The notes beneath the pieces were generated by a model, which saw nothing but the letters and a program-made list of their open reading frames with translations, was not told the DNA's origin and made no database searches. A DNA stretch of 63,779 nt, counting the filler, from Thermoplasmatota archaeon (GTDB taxonomy: Archaea > Thermoplasmatota > E2 > JACPAO01 > JAHFTW01): assembly GCA_041623215.1 (NCBI GenBank). It is 3 parts of 3 records of this genome, joined end to end, with 100 filler letters (N's around TTAATTAATTAA, not from the genome) between each part and the next. Parts side by side here need not be neighbours in the genome. Positions count along the whole stretch, not along the records: positions 22,653 to 45,148 come from JBFJXH010000017.1; 2 more parts are not named here. One strand, given 5' to 3'. Of this stretch, positions 29,124-38,925 are shown in pieces (within the stretch, counting starts at the first letter, position 1; every line of letters begins with the position of its first letter). Made by a program: the position numbers and the translations under genes.

Positions 29124-29878
29124 CAGCGGGTGCCAAGTGCTTCGAGGATTTCCATGGGAAGCGGCACGATGACTTTGGTACCCTGCTGCGTGGACGCCTC
29201 CTGCAACGTTTGCAACGTCCTGAGGTACATGGCACCCTTGGACGTGGCCATGACGGCGCTGGCCTCGGCCAATTTCTGAGCGGCCTGGAATTCACCATCG
29301 GCATGGATGACCCTGGCACGCCGTTCGCGCTCCGCTTCAGCTTGCTTGGCCATGACCCGGCGCATGTCGGCGGGCAACTCCACGTCCTTAATCTCAACCA
29401 TGCTGACCTTGACGCCCCACGGGTCGGTGGCGTTGTCGATAATCTCCTGAAGCTGTTGGTTCAACTCGTCTCTTTCCGACAGCAACTCATCGAGGGCAGC
29501 CTTGCCAATCACAGCGCGTAACGTGGTTTGCGCGATTTGACTCGTTGCAACACCAAAATGAGCCACCTTGACAATGGCGTCCTCTGGGTTCACGACCCGA
29601 AAATATACGACCGCATTCACGGCCACAGGGACATTGTCGCGCGTCATGATTTCCTGGGCGGGAACGTCGTGGGTGACAATCCGAAGGTCAACCTTGACCA
29701 TCTTATCCAAGATGGGGATGATGAAGAACAAGCCGGGGCCCTTCGCACCTATGAGGCGTCCCAGGCGGAAGATGACACCCCGCTCGTACTCCTTCACGAT
29801 GCGAATTGCACTGGCGAAGATGACAATCGCCAATAGCACGAGGGCGACGGCGAAAAACAGGGTGGTGGGTTCAGCCAT
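29123..29878 (-). CDS. SPFH/stomatin-like (slipin) protein
   Basis: EYERGVIFRLG, GPGLFFIIP, AQTTLR, WGVKV..VEIKD and AKQAEAERERRA. Confidence 0.96.
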   Translation of the reverse strand: MAEPTTLFFAVALVLLAIVIFASAIRIVKEYERGVIFRLGRLIGAKGPGLFFIIPILDKMVKVDLRIVTHDVPAQEIMTRDNVPVAVNAVVYFRVVNPEDAIVKVAHFGVATSQIAQTTLRAVIGKAALDELLSERDELNQQLQEIIDNATDPWGVKVSMVEIKDVELPADMRRVMAKQAEAERERRARVIHADGEFQAAQKLAEASAVMATSKGAMYLRTLQTLQEASTQQGTKVIVPLPMEILEALGTR

Positions 29879-29922
29879 GTCAAAGCATAGGGGGAAGGGG
29901 ATGAAGGGGGTTTCGTCGGCGA

Positions 29923-30507
29923 CTAGGCGGTGCCGTTACCGGCAAGCGCACTGTAGGAGGCATCGAAGGCGACGCCGATGAACTCGGTGGTGTGGAGCGC
30001 AAAGTCTTGGTCGACGGTGGCACCAACTTGACCTCCGGCTCGAATGACGAGTTCATAGTCACCGTCAGCCAATAGATCAGCGGGGACGGCCAGTTGGAGA
30101 GGGCTGGCACCATCGACGCGAGCCACGGGTTCAGGCCTGAACACAACGTTTGCGGGGTCGGCGGGCGGCAGGCTGCCTGCATTGGCCGGCTGCACCCAGA
30201 GACTCAGTTCGCCAGTGCTGGTGTCGGTGGCGGTCCATTCAAGTTCGAACACAAGACCGGTCAAGTTGTCGGCGAGCGCGAGGGCATGGAGGAAGTCTCC
30301 GCCATTGTTGAAGGAGCGAACCGGGGTGGCGAACGTGGCTACTAGATTTCCTTGGAACAGGGTCGTGTTGACTCCCGTCGCGCTTGCTTGCGCATCAGCG
30401 TCGAGGTCGAGATTCACGTCGTCGGTAGAGGCTTCTTCGTCACCGAGGCAACCGGCCAAGCCGGTGGCTGCGACGACGAGCGTAATGAACACGGCACGTA
30501 GGTGCAT
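29923..30507 (-). CDS. Lipoprotein of unknown function
   Basis: ATG 30507; lipobox LAGC; beta-rich body. Confidence 0.8.
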   Translation of the reverse strand: MHLRAVFITLVVAATGLAGCLGDEEASTDDVNLDLDADAQASATGVNTTLFQGNLVATFATPVRSFNNGGDFLHALALADNLTGLVFELEWTATDTSTGELSLWVQPANAGSLPPADPANVVFRPEPVARVDGASPLQLAVPADLLADGDYELVIRAGGQVGATVDQDFALHTTEFIGVAFDASYSALAGNGTA

Positions 30508-30562
30508 GTGGTTCCCACAAGGAGGGTGTATTTGGTTGCTATGACGTTGTTGCCGGCGCCAG

Positions 30563-31906
30563 CTACTCTTCTTCGCCATCGTCGGCCGCCATGCCGGCCG
30601 CCTCTGCGCGCTCCACGCGCAGTCTCAGCCCGTGGCGACTGGCAACATTCACCACGTCGCCGTCGGCAATGGGGTGGTCGGAGGTGGCCTGCCAAATCTC
30701 GCCCTCCATCATCACTTGGCCACGGGCACCCCCGCCGGCAAAGGCTGTGACGGCCGTGGCCTGCTGCCCGATGAACGCTACCGGAGGTCGTTTGCGCGTG
30801 CGGACGGCCACGGTGGCCGCAAAGCCGGCAACTCCACCAGATAACAGGGCGGCACCTAGGCCGATGAGTTGGAAGGCTCGCACGAAGCCGCGCGGGGCAA
30901 GCGGCTCATCAATGAGCAGCAAGGCTGCCATGGCGACGGCGATGACGCCGACAACCGTGAGTAAGCCATTCGTTGGAGTGAACGCCTCCGCGATGAAGAA
31001 GGCCATGCCAAGCAGCAGAAGCAGGAGGCCTGCGGTGGCAAAACTGAACAAACCGAATCCGACAAAGGCGAGCAGAATGGCCAGCGCGCCAATGGTTTCG
31101 GGGACGTAGGTTCCGGGATTGGTTAAACCGAAAATGAGTCCGTACAGGCCAATCATGAAGAGCACAAAGGCCACCTGTGGATTGCCCAGAAAGTCCAGGA
31201 CTCGGGGCAGAGTTCCAGGCTCAACCTGAACAATGCGTGCCCCCGCGGTGCGTAGCGTCGTGGTGCCATCCTGACCTACCACGGCGCTCATTCCATCCAC
31301 TTGCTCCAAGAAGTCGCTTGGCGAAGCGGCGACCGCGTCAATGAGGCCTGCCTCCAACGCCTCTTCGGCGCCCATGTTCAGGTTATCGGTGATGAATTGG
31401 GCAGCAAGGGTTGTGTTGCGGCCGGTGCGGCTTGCAATCTGTTCCATGCGCTCGACCAAAAAATTCTCAACCTTGTCGCCAGCCGCCTGGGTTTCGCCCG
31501 TCGGCGAAGATGTGATGGGCTGCGCCGAGCCAATTTGCGTCCCCGCCGCCATGCCCGCCGGTTGACCCATGAGTAAGATGAGCGTGCCAGCACTTGCTGC
31601 TTCGGCACCCGAAGGCCCCACCCAGGTGAGGACAGGGACTTGCGCCCGGACAATGGACTTGTGAATGTCCAATGTTGCATCCACGAGGCCGCCGGGCGTT
31701 TCAAGGCGCAGCAGGAGTGGCACGCCGCGTTCCTCGGCTTCCGCGATGGCTTGCTGGACATAGGTCGCCGTGCCTTGCGTAATGAGCCCCTCAATGTCCG
31801 CCTGCAAGACCGTGGGCGCCTGAGCGCTTGCCGCCGGCGCAAGCAGCCCCACGGCCAGCGCAACCATTAGGACGATGGCAGAAGCGGAAGCGACAAGCCG
31901 CACCAT
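30563..31906 (-). CDS. nfeD: Long-form NfeD (membrane-bound ClpP-class serine protease, STOPP)
   Basis: Signal peptide, LETPGGL, AASAG (Ser), IGSAQP, DKV (Lys), multi-TM region and C-terminal OB-fold GQV..EGEIWQA. Confidence 0.93.
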   Translation of the reverse strand: MVRLVASASAIVLMVALAVGLLAPAASAQAPTVLQADIEGLITQGTATYVQQAIAEAEERGVPLLLRLETPGGLVDATLDIHKSIVRAQVPVLTWVGPSGAEAASAGTLILLMGQPAGMAAGTQIGSAQPITSSPTGETQAAGDKVENFLVERMEQIASRTGRNTTLAAQFITDNLNMGAEEALEAGLIDAVAASPSDFLEQVDGMSAVVGQDGTTTLRTAGARIVQVEPGTLPRVLDFLGNPQVAFVLFMIGLYGLIFGLTNPGTYVPETIGALAILLAFVGFGLFSFATAGLLLLLLGMAFFIAEAFTPTNGLLTVVGVIAVAMAALLLIDEPLAPRGFVRAFQLIGLGAALLSGGVAGFAATVAVRTRKRPPVAFIGQQATAVTAFAGGGARGQVMMEGEIWQATSDHPIADGDVVNVASRHGLRLRVERAEAAGMAADDGEEE

Positions 31907-32053
31907 GAATTGGTGAACCCAGCCGGCGTCTTAACGGGATGGCCTAGGCGCTGGAGCCCCTCCGCGTGTTGGGTTGGACCGAGGCTAGCGGCCGCTAGCC
32001 AAGCGGCCTATTGCGTGCCAAGCCGCCCTACGCAGGGGCGGAAATTCCCGACT

Positions 32054-35000
32054 CTATAGCGCTAGGAGGACTGGGCGGACTTCGACCTCGGCCGAGGTGC
32101 TCCAGTTGCCAGTAGCGCCGACGATGCCAATCTCGATGACGTGGGTGCCACGAAGAGCCGATCCAGGCGCGTTGCTCGCATCGAAGCTGAAGCGCACACG
32201 GCCGTCAGCGTCCGTCGCGGCGCTGGCGTCACCCTTGGTGACGGACCCCAGACCGAGGCCTCGAAGCAGCGCATGGTAGTGCGTCATGTCGACGACTTGG
32301 CCCACGACGGGCGTACCGTCTGCATATTCGAGGTCAATGATGCCCTCGATGGCGTCCCCCTCGTAGAAGTTCCCGTTGTCTGTGAAGGAGACAAACGTGC
32401 GGATTGGCACAGCCGTAATCCACGACACCGAGTCGCGCAGGTCTGAGTCGCCGGCCGAGCTGGCACGCAGGTAGATTTGGCCACCTGCGGCATTGGGGGC
32501 CGTGACATTCAGGTAGATGGTTGTGCTTTCGCCGGGTGCCAACGAGGCTGCCACCGGCTCGTGCGTCCAGCCCCACCCAGCTGCATCTTGCGTGCTGATT
32601 AGGTACGAGTCGGGAACGTTGCCGGTATTCGTCAAGGTGGCCGTCAGGGTCAACTCTTGGCCCGGGGCAGCATTGATGCGTGGCGTAATGTCATCGCGCA
32701 CGAGGGTCAACCCGTAATTGACTCCGAAGCCCAAGAAGTGCGAAACGCTAACTTCGTAATTGGCCGCGTCACGCACCGTGACACTCGGGTTGTAGCCCCC
32801 AGGATGGAACTTGGAAGTTACGGGGTTGCCGCTGGCCGTGAAGCCATTGTCAAAGTCCCAATTGATGCTCGTGATGTTGGCATCACTGGCGATGCTGGCC
32901 GTAAAGTCAACGTGCTTCGGGTAGCCGGCGCCGGGTTGCACCAGGTAGGTGAAATCAACGACGGGCGGGCAAATGGCCGTGATACGGTCCATTTCCAAGA
33001 AGCAGCTCGAGTCGACCACGTTGGATGAGCCGAGGGCCGCTTGGTCCATGCGTCCTTGAATCACTTCATGGTCGTAAGCGTACCAGTGATTGTACTGGGC
33101 GTCAATGGCGTTGTTGCTGATGCCCGCTTGGCGGACGTCGAAGGTGGCCTCGATGGCGGGGCCAAACTCGTTGCCGCGGAAGCGGAAGTGTGCAGGCGTG
33201 TTGCCGCTGCCTTGCAATTCCACGGCGCTAAACAGGTCATCAAACGTGTTGCCTTCGACGCTAACTAAGTCGCCGGTCGGGCTTGAGTCGAGAATCAAGC
33301 CGCGGTCCATGCCTACGATGACATTGTCACTGATGACGTCGGGGCCGTGCGGCGTGGACGTGGCCCACATGGCGGAGCCGTAGCCGGTGAAGGTATTGCC
33401 CGTCACTAGGAGTCCGCCACTTGCCGTGTCCTCAATGCCGAGGCCCGTGAAGCCGACGCCCGTGAACGCATTGTCCGCGATGGTCGCTCCTGTTGCGCCA
33501 TTCAACAGAATCCCGCGGGCGTCGCCAGCAAGGATGCTGTCGCGGACGCTGCCACCGGTTGTGCCCTCGAAGGCCACAGCGGTAGCAATGCCGGCCGTCT
33601 GAATGTCGGCAATGGTCGGCGCCGCGCCGTTTCGGGCGTGGATGCCGGTGCCGGTCAAATCCGTACCCACGAAGCGCAAGGTGTCATCAAGCGTCACCGG
33701 GTACGTGCTCGACAATCCCTCCACCAGGATGCCCGTGCTGCCCGACTCCTGGTCAAATTGGAGTGAAACCAGGTGCGTCATTTGTTGGGTGCTGGGACCA
33801 ACGCCTTCGACACCGCCTAGCAGCGTGACACCTGGCGTGGTAGCCGTTGCACGGATACGCGCCAGGGCGGGTCGGTTGTCGGAGTCACCGCCAGCCGGCT
33901 GGGCGTTGGCGGAGCGAAGAATCACGGGCTGCGTGAAGGTTGCACCGTCATAGGCCTCGATGTCTTCTCCCAGGACCACGATGGCGTTCTTTGTGGCGTC
34001 ACAGTTGGCTGCGGCCCGGTCAAAGGAAGCGGCATCAGCGAGGTCGAGAATTTCTTGGCCCGTGACTGGCTCGGCGAGCGAATTGCCTTGGTAACAGGAA
34101 ACTTGCGGGTAGGGCGGGTGGGCGCCATCATTGTCGTCCAAGTACGGCATGTATTGAATCAGGCCGGGGTTTGCGTTGGTGTCAAACGAGAACAGGCTCG
34201 GAATGACATCGCGGCCCATGACGCCCCAGTGGTTCGCCCGCGCGTCCACAGCGCCGTTCGTGGCGCCGTCGTGGACATGCATACTCACATTGTTGTTGCC
34301 GGGCGTGAAGTGATTGTCCCGGAATACTGTATCGCGCGTCGTGGCTAGCCGAACCGCGGTGTTGTCGTGCGCACCAAAGACGTTGGCCGTAGCAGTCAAC
34401 GTGCCGGCTGCACCCCCGACGTAGAGCCCATGGTTGGTGTTGAAGGCAATGGTGTTGCCTACAAGGCTACCATCGCCACCTCCGGGGACCTGGATACCCA
34501 TGTTGTCCCAGCCCGTGACGAGGCTGTCCTGGACAGTCCAATCAGCACCGGAGATCTGGATGCCTTCCTGGCTGCCCCAAACGTCGAAGGTGGAGGCCTC
34601 TTGGTCCAGGTTACCGATGACAGATACGCCCGCAACGGTGGCTTGGTCGCCGGCGAGCCGAATGCCTCCGCCGTTGCTGATGACGGAATTGTGCACGGTC
34701 AGCCCGCTAATGGTCGCCCCATCACCACTGGCATCGACGGCAAAGTTGCCGTTGCTGCCGTCAAGCACCACGCCGATGCGACTGTCCTTGAACGGGCAAG
34801 CACCACTCTGGCATTGCTCGTCGATGGGTCCAGCAAGAACATGGTCGTTGACGCGGATGTTGTCTAGATAGACGTCCGCACCGTTGTCCCAGTAGAGACG
34901 AATGGTGCCGAACGTTTGCCCGGCCATGTCTGCGACCGCAGTAGCATAATCGGTGCTGCTGTAGCTGCCACCTGCTCCCTGCGTGGTCCAGAAGACGCCG

Positions 35001-38000
35001 GGGTCCTCGAAGATGTCCACGTGGTGCCACTGGCCAGCGGCGCAGCCACCATTTTGGCCGGAGTAGGCGTAAGCCTGGCCTCCGGGGTACACGAAGCCGA
35101 AGCGCGGCGATCCCGCGCCACACGGGCCACTTGCGACGTAGAAGTCGAAGCTGAGGCTGTGAAGATCATCTAGTGAGTCAAGCTCGGTTTGCAGGTTCTG
35201 GGTGAACAAGCTGGCACTGCCACCGCCACCGGCGACGAACAGCACATCGTCCAACGTGGAGGGGAATTCGGCCCAGGCCGTGTCGGCGTTGTGCGCCCAG
35301 CGGCCTGCATTGGAAGTCGCCATGCAGGCCACGCCGCCGACGCTGCCGCACAGCGTTTGGTCGTCGCCTTGCATCGACACGGAGCTGGCCAGCCACGGGG
35401 CGGGGTCTGCCGATTGGTCCGGTGCCAAAGCCACGGTGGTGCCAGCACCCCCAAGATCAAAACCGGCCTGCGGACTCAGGAGTCGACAGTCGCCGTTGGC
35501 GCCGGAAACGGCAATCCATTCGGCGTCGGGGTGTGCGTCACAGGCGGCTTGGCCGACTGCGATGTTGGCGACGGGAAGCGGCGGGTGCACGCTGCCAAGG
35601 AAAGGCAGGAAGGCAACATCGTCGCCGGCCCGAGCCTGCACAACGCGCCATTCATCGCTCTGCCAGTCATTCAAGCGAGCATCGACCGGTCCCCCGAAAG
35701 CACCAGCCGTCAACGTGATGGGAGGCGAGCCTGCCCATTCGAAGGTGTTCTGACGCAAGACCGAGCCGGCTGCGTCGCAGCCCCCACCGATGCGGAACGC
35801 GGATGCGCCGAGGGTGGCGCTGAATGTATTGGCTTCGTACCGGAGTCCGTCAGCAAGGCCGCACGAGGTGACGTGGCCTTGGTTGGCAGCGAAGTCGTTG
35901 CCGGAGACGAGGCCTGCGCCCGTGAGTTTGAGGCCAAGCACCCAGCCTGTGAAGCTGTTGTCGGCGATCGTGACGGTGGGCGTGCCGGACCCTGAGAATT
36001 CAGTAACAATGCCTTCGCCCGCAAATCCGTAGCTGTCACCATCGGTTGCCGGCAAGCTGGTAATGGCACTGTTGGAGACCGTGAGTCCTGTCGCCGTGTT
36101 GGCGGCCAGCACGGCGTGGACCGCCGCGCCAGAGTAGCAACCGGCAGGACAATCGGTTGGTTGGACTTCGATGACGCCGCCGTCAAAGGTGAAGTCGTCG
36201 CCGTTGCCGGTGAGGCGAATGCCTTGGAATTGGTTGTCGCCACTGTTGGTCACCGTGACGTCTTGCAGCGTGACGCCCGGTGCATCCACGAGCACCGCAG
36301 TTGCCGAATCGCCGGCAATCACAACCTGCTCCAGGCTAGCACCGCTCAGCGTCAAGCCAGGCGTGGTGAAGGCAAGGGACCCGGTGTAGGGGGTTGGGTC
36401 AACGGCTGCGCCGCTGCCAGGCACGGTGACGGTTGCACCCGTGTCGGCAAAGTCAATCGCAGCCTGGATTGTTAGGAAGCTGCAGTCAGCTTCGGCGTCC
36501 GCATGAGCCTCACAGGACCCGCCTGCTCCGGTGGTGCCGGCGTGGCTGCTTGCCGTGGCAAGGGCCGGTTCAACGGTTCCGTCGGCAAGCAAGAAGGGAA
36601 TCTGCTGCACGACGTTGTTGCTAATGCTGCCGCCGATGCGTTGGTCAAGCAGCCGCCAGGAATCTGTGTCCCAATGGTTCAAGCGCGCATCCAGGCGGTA
36701 GCCGTGGCCGTCCATGCTGGGTTGGAAGTGGATGACTTCCAGATTGGAGGCGGCAAAGTGATTGTCCCGAAGCACCAGTCCGTCGAGGGCTGCATTGCAT
36801 CGCGTAACAAAGAAGGCCGCGAAGTGGGCGTTGAACGTGTTGCCGGTGACGTCTTGGTCCGGTCCCGTGCAAATCAGGAGCCCGTTGTTGTTGCCGTCGA
36901 AGACGTTGTCGGCTACAGCGATGTTAGCCCCGTAGGCAACGGCGGCCATGTGGACCCAACCGCTGAAGGTGTTGCCGGACAGCTCTCCGCCGTTGATGTC
37001 GCCGCGGAAACCTTCGCTTCCGCCGAGCGTACCATCATCGGCCGGTAGGTCCGCCGAAATGAGGTTGCCCGTGATGGCTGCGCCGGCGCTGCCGCCAAGG
37101 ATAGTAATCCCGTTGACGGCCGCGGGTTGCTCACAGGGGTCGCCACCGCTTGCAGCGCCCACAGCGTGGCATCCGCCGCCAGCCACGCGCAGGATGTTGT
37201 TGGCGATTGCGACGCCGTCCCCATTCACGGAGATGACATGCGTGCCAGCCGCCGGATAGTCGCCAAGGTGGCGAAGCGTGAGGCCGTCAATGCGGGCATT
37301 GTCGCCGCTAACTGCGGCCACGGAGCTACTGCCCGAGGGCGCCTCCAGCACGGAGAGGGTGGGCGTAGCGGGATTGGCGCAGGCATCGCCTGCTTGGTTG
37401 CGTTGGCACACCGTTACGCCGCCAGGCACGTCAATGGATTCCACGTACAAGGCGTGCGCGAGGAGCACGCGGGGGCCAGCGGGGTCCGCCGTGTTGGCGT
37501 CCGCGCAATCGATGGCCTGCTGAACCGTGGTGAAGAGGACCGGGTTGGACGGGTCGGTGGTGGGTACGGCAGCCGTTTGGCAAGCCACCAGATTCGTCGG
37601 GTCGATGCCACCAAGTAGCTGCACCAAAGCGCCAATGGGCGCAGAGGTGCGGAAGGGGTCCACCAAGGCGTTCCCTTCAACGACGTCGCCGTTACCCGTG
37701 GGGTTGCTGGCATGGAACGGGCCGCTTTCGTGACCCCACCAATTGAGCGTTGCATCCAGCGGGCTACTGGCGTCGCCGCCAGCGTAGGCGGATTCCACGC
37801 GCAGCCCTACATCGTTGCCGTAGATCTGGTTGTCATAGGCGTCAATGTCGCTCCCTGCTTCCACCCAGATGGCATACGTGTCGGCTAGCGGCCGGTGCGT
37901 CGGCGTGTCAGGGCTCTCGAAGCGGTTGACGTTGTCGTAGAGGACGTTCTCGTACAGGTCAACGAATTGCGCCGCGCCTTGGATGTGAATTGCCGCCGTA

Positions 38001-38842
38001 TTTCCGGCCGACAAACCCGCGATGGTATTGCGACTAATGTCCATGGTCGCGCTTAGCGCGCCGCTGATGCGAAGGACGTCGCCGTGGTTGGTGCTTGGCA
38101 CCAGCCCGTGGAACGTGTTCCCCGTGATATCGACGCCACTGCCATCCAGCACCTCAATCAACGGTTGGCCGCCACTTAGGCTGCCCATGCGCACTTCGTT
38201 GGCATCAATCGTAATGCCGGCGGCGTTCTCAACGCGTAGAAGACGGTCCATGTAGGGTGTGGACGGGGCGCCGTTGCCGTTCTCGATGTAATTGTTCGCG
38301 AAGGTAAAGCCGTTGGCGGCCTCGAAGACGAACAATTCTCCGCCGTCCTCGTGCCCTCGCACAATGTTGTTCACAAACGCGACGCCGTTCTTACCGTAGG
38401 CCCGCAAGACTTGGTTGTCTTCGGGGAAGACTGAATTGGCGCCAAGACCCGTGACCGTCAGGCCGTCAATCACCACATTGCTTGCTTGAACAAGGAAGAC
38501 AATGCGCTGGTCGCTTGCGGCAGCCATGGCGCTGGCATCAAGCACCGCTTCACCGGTGCTGCCGTCGCGCGTGCTGCCGGCCCCGGGGCGGGCGTCGACG
38601 CCCGCCATCGGCCCCTGGAGGGTCAAGTCGTCTGTGATGGCCAGCGCCCCACCCAGCGCATAGGTGCCCGGTGCCAGCACAATCGTGTCGGCGCCAGGGT
38701 TGGCGTTGGCAGCGGCCACAGCGGCCACCAGAGAGGCGCCATCCGTTGCATTGTACGTGGTGGCCTGGGCTCCAAAGCCCGAAAGGCCGGCTAGGGCCAG
38801 CATGACAATGCCGGCGTATACGAGAGTCTTCCTGCGGTTCAT
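32054..38842 (-). CDS. Giant secreted right-handed parallel beta-helix protein (2262 aa; five pectin-lyase/NosD-like modules, PKD and C-terminal Ig-like module)
   Basis: Signal peptide MNRRK...AQA; many IxxNxF repeats; five DAxxNxW end motifs; PKD WDFDNG. Confidence 0.88.
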   Translation of the reverse strand: MNRRKTLVYAGIVMLALAGLSGFGAQATTYNATDGASLVAAVAAANANPGADTIVLAPGTYALGGALAITDDLTLQGPMAGVDARPGAGSTRDGSTGEAVLDASAMAAASDQRIVFLVQASNVVIDGLTVTGLGANSVFPEDNQVLRAYGKNGVAFVNNIVRGHEDGGELFVFEAANGFTFANNYIENGNGAPSTPYMDRLLRVENAAGITIDANEVRMGSLSGGQPLIEVLDGSGVDITGNTFHGLVPSTNHGDVLRISGALSATMDISRNTIAGLSAGNTAAIHIQGAAQFVDLYENVLYDNVNRFESPDTPTHRPLADTYAIWVEAGSDIDAYDNQIYGNDVGLRVESAYAGGDASSPLDATLNWWGHESGPFHASNPTGNGDVVEGNALVDPFRTSAPIGALVQLLGGIDPTNLVACQTAAVPTTDPSNPVLFTTVQQAIDCADANTADPAGPRVLLAHALYVESIDVPGGVTVCQRNQAGDACANPATPTLSVLEAPSGSSSVAAVSGDNARIDGLTLRHLGDYPAAGTHVISVNGDGVAIANNILRVAGGGCHAVGAASGGDPCEQPAAVNGITILGGSAGAAITGNLISADLPADDGTLGGSEGFRGDINGGELSGNTFSGWVHMAAVAYGANIAVADNVFDGNNNGLLICTGPDQDVTGNTFNAHFAAFFVTRCNAALDGLVLRDNHFAASNLEVIHFQPSMDGHGYRLDARLNHWDTDSWRLLDQRIGGSISNNVVQQIPFLLADGTVEPALATASSHAGTTGAGGSCEAHADAEADCSFLTIQAAIDFADTGATVTVPGSGAAVDPTPYTGSLAFTTPGLTLSGASLEQVVIAGDSATAVLVDAPGVTLQDVTVTNSGDNQFQGIRLTGNGDDFTFDGGVIEVQPTDCPAGCYSGAAVHAVLAANTATGLTVSNSAITSLPATDGDSYGFAGEGIVTEFSGSGTPTVTIADNSFTGWVLGLKLTGAGLVSGNDFAANQGHVTSCGLADGLRYEANTFSATLGASAFRIGGGCDAAGSVLRQNTFEWAGSPPITLTAGAFGGPVDARLNDWQSDEWRVVQARAGDDVAFLPFLGSVHPPLPVANIAVGQAACDAHPDAEWIAVSGANGDCRLLSPQAGFDLGGAGTTVALAPDQSADPAPWLASSVSMQGDDQTLCGSVGGVACMATSNAGRWAHNADTAWAEFPSTLDDVLFVAGGGGSASLFTQNLQTELDSLDDLHSLSFDFYVASGPCGAGSPRFGFVYPGGQAYAYSGQNGGCAAGQWHHVDIFEDPGVFWTTQGAGGSYSSTDYATAVADMAGQTFGTIRLYWDNGADVYLDNIRVNDHVLAGPIDEQCQSGACPFKDSRIGVVLDGSNGNFAVDASGDGATISGLTVHNSVISNGGGIRLAGDQATVAGVSVIGNLDQEASTFDVWGSQEGIQISGADWTVQDSLVTGWDNMGIQVPGGGDGSLVGNTIAFNTNHGLYVGGAAGTLTATANVFGAHDNTAVRLATTRDTVFRDNHFTPGNNNVSMHVHDGATNGAVDARANHWGVMGRDVIPSLFSFDTNANPGLIQYMPYLDDNDGAHPPYPQVSCYQGNSLAEPVTGQEILDLADAASFDRAAANCDATKNAIVVLGEDIEAYDGATFTQPVILRSANAQPAGGDSDNRPALARIRATATTPGVTLLGGVEGVGPSTQQMTHLVSLQFDQESGSTGILVEGLSSTYPVTLDDTLRFVGTDLTGTGIHARNGAAPTIADIQTAGIATAVAFEGTTGGSVRDSILAGDARGILLNGATGATIADNAFTGVGFTGLGIEDTASGGLLVTGNTFTGYGSAMWATSTPHGPDVISDNVIVGMDRGLILDSSPTGDLVSVEGNTFDDLFSAVELQGSGNTPAHFRFRGNEFGPAIEATFDVRQAGISNNAIDAQYNHWYAYDHEVIQGRMDQAALGSSNVVDSSCFLEMDRITAICPPVVDFTYLVQPGAGYPKHVDFTASIASDANITSINWDFDNGFTASGNPVTSKFHPGGYNPSVTVRDAANYEVSVSHFLGFGVNYGLTLVRDDITPRINAAPGQELTLTATLTNTGNVPDSYLISTQDAAGWGWTHEPVAASLAPGESTTIYLNVTAPNAAGGQIYLRASSAGDSDLRDSVSWITAVPIRTFVSFTDNGNFYEGDAIEGIIDLEYADGTPVVGQVVDMTHYHALLRGLGLGSVTKGDASAATDADGRVRFSFDASNAPGSALRGTHVIEIGIVGATGNWSTSAEVEVRPVLLAL

Positions 38843-38925
38843 GATACGACCACCCTACCCGGGATAACGGTCAACTGACAGACATCGTTAAGAAGTCTAT
38901 CTAAGGGGCTTGACTTTTGGATCAC

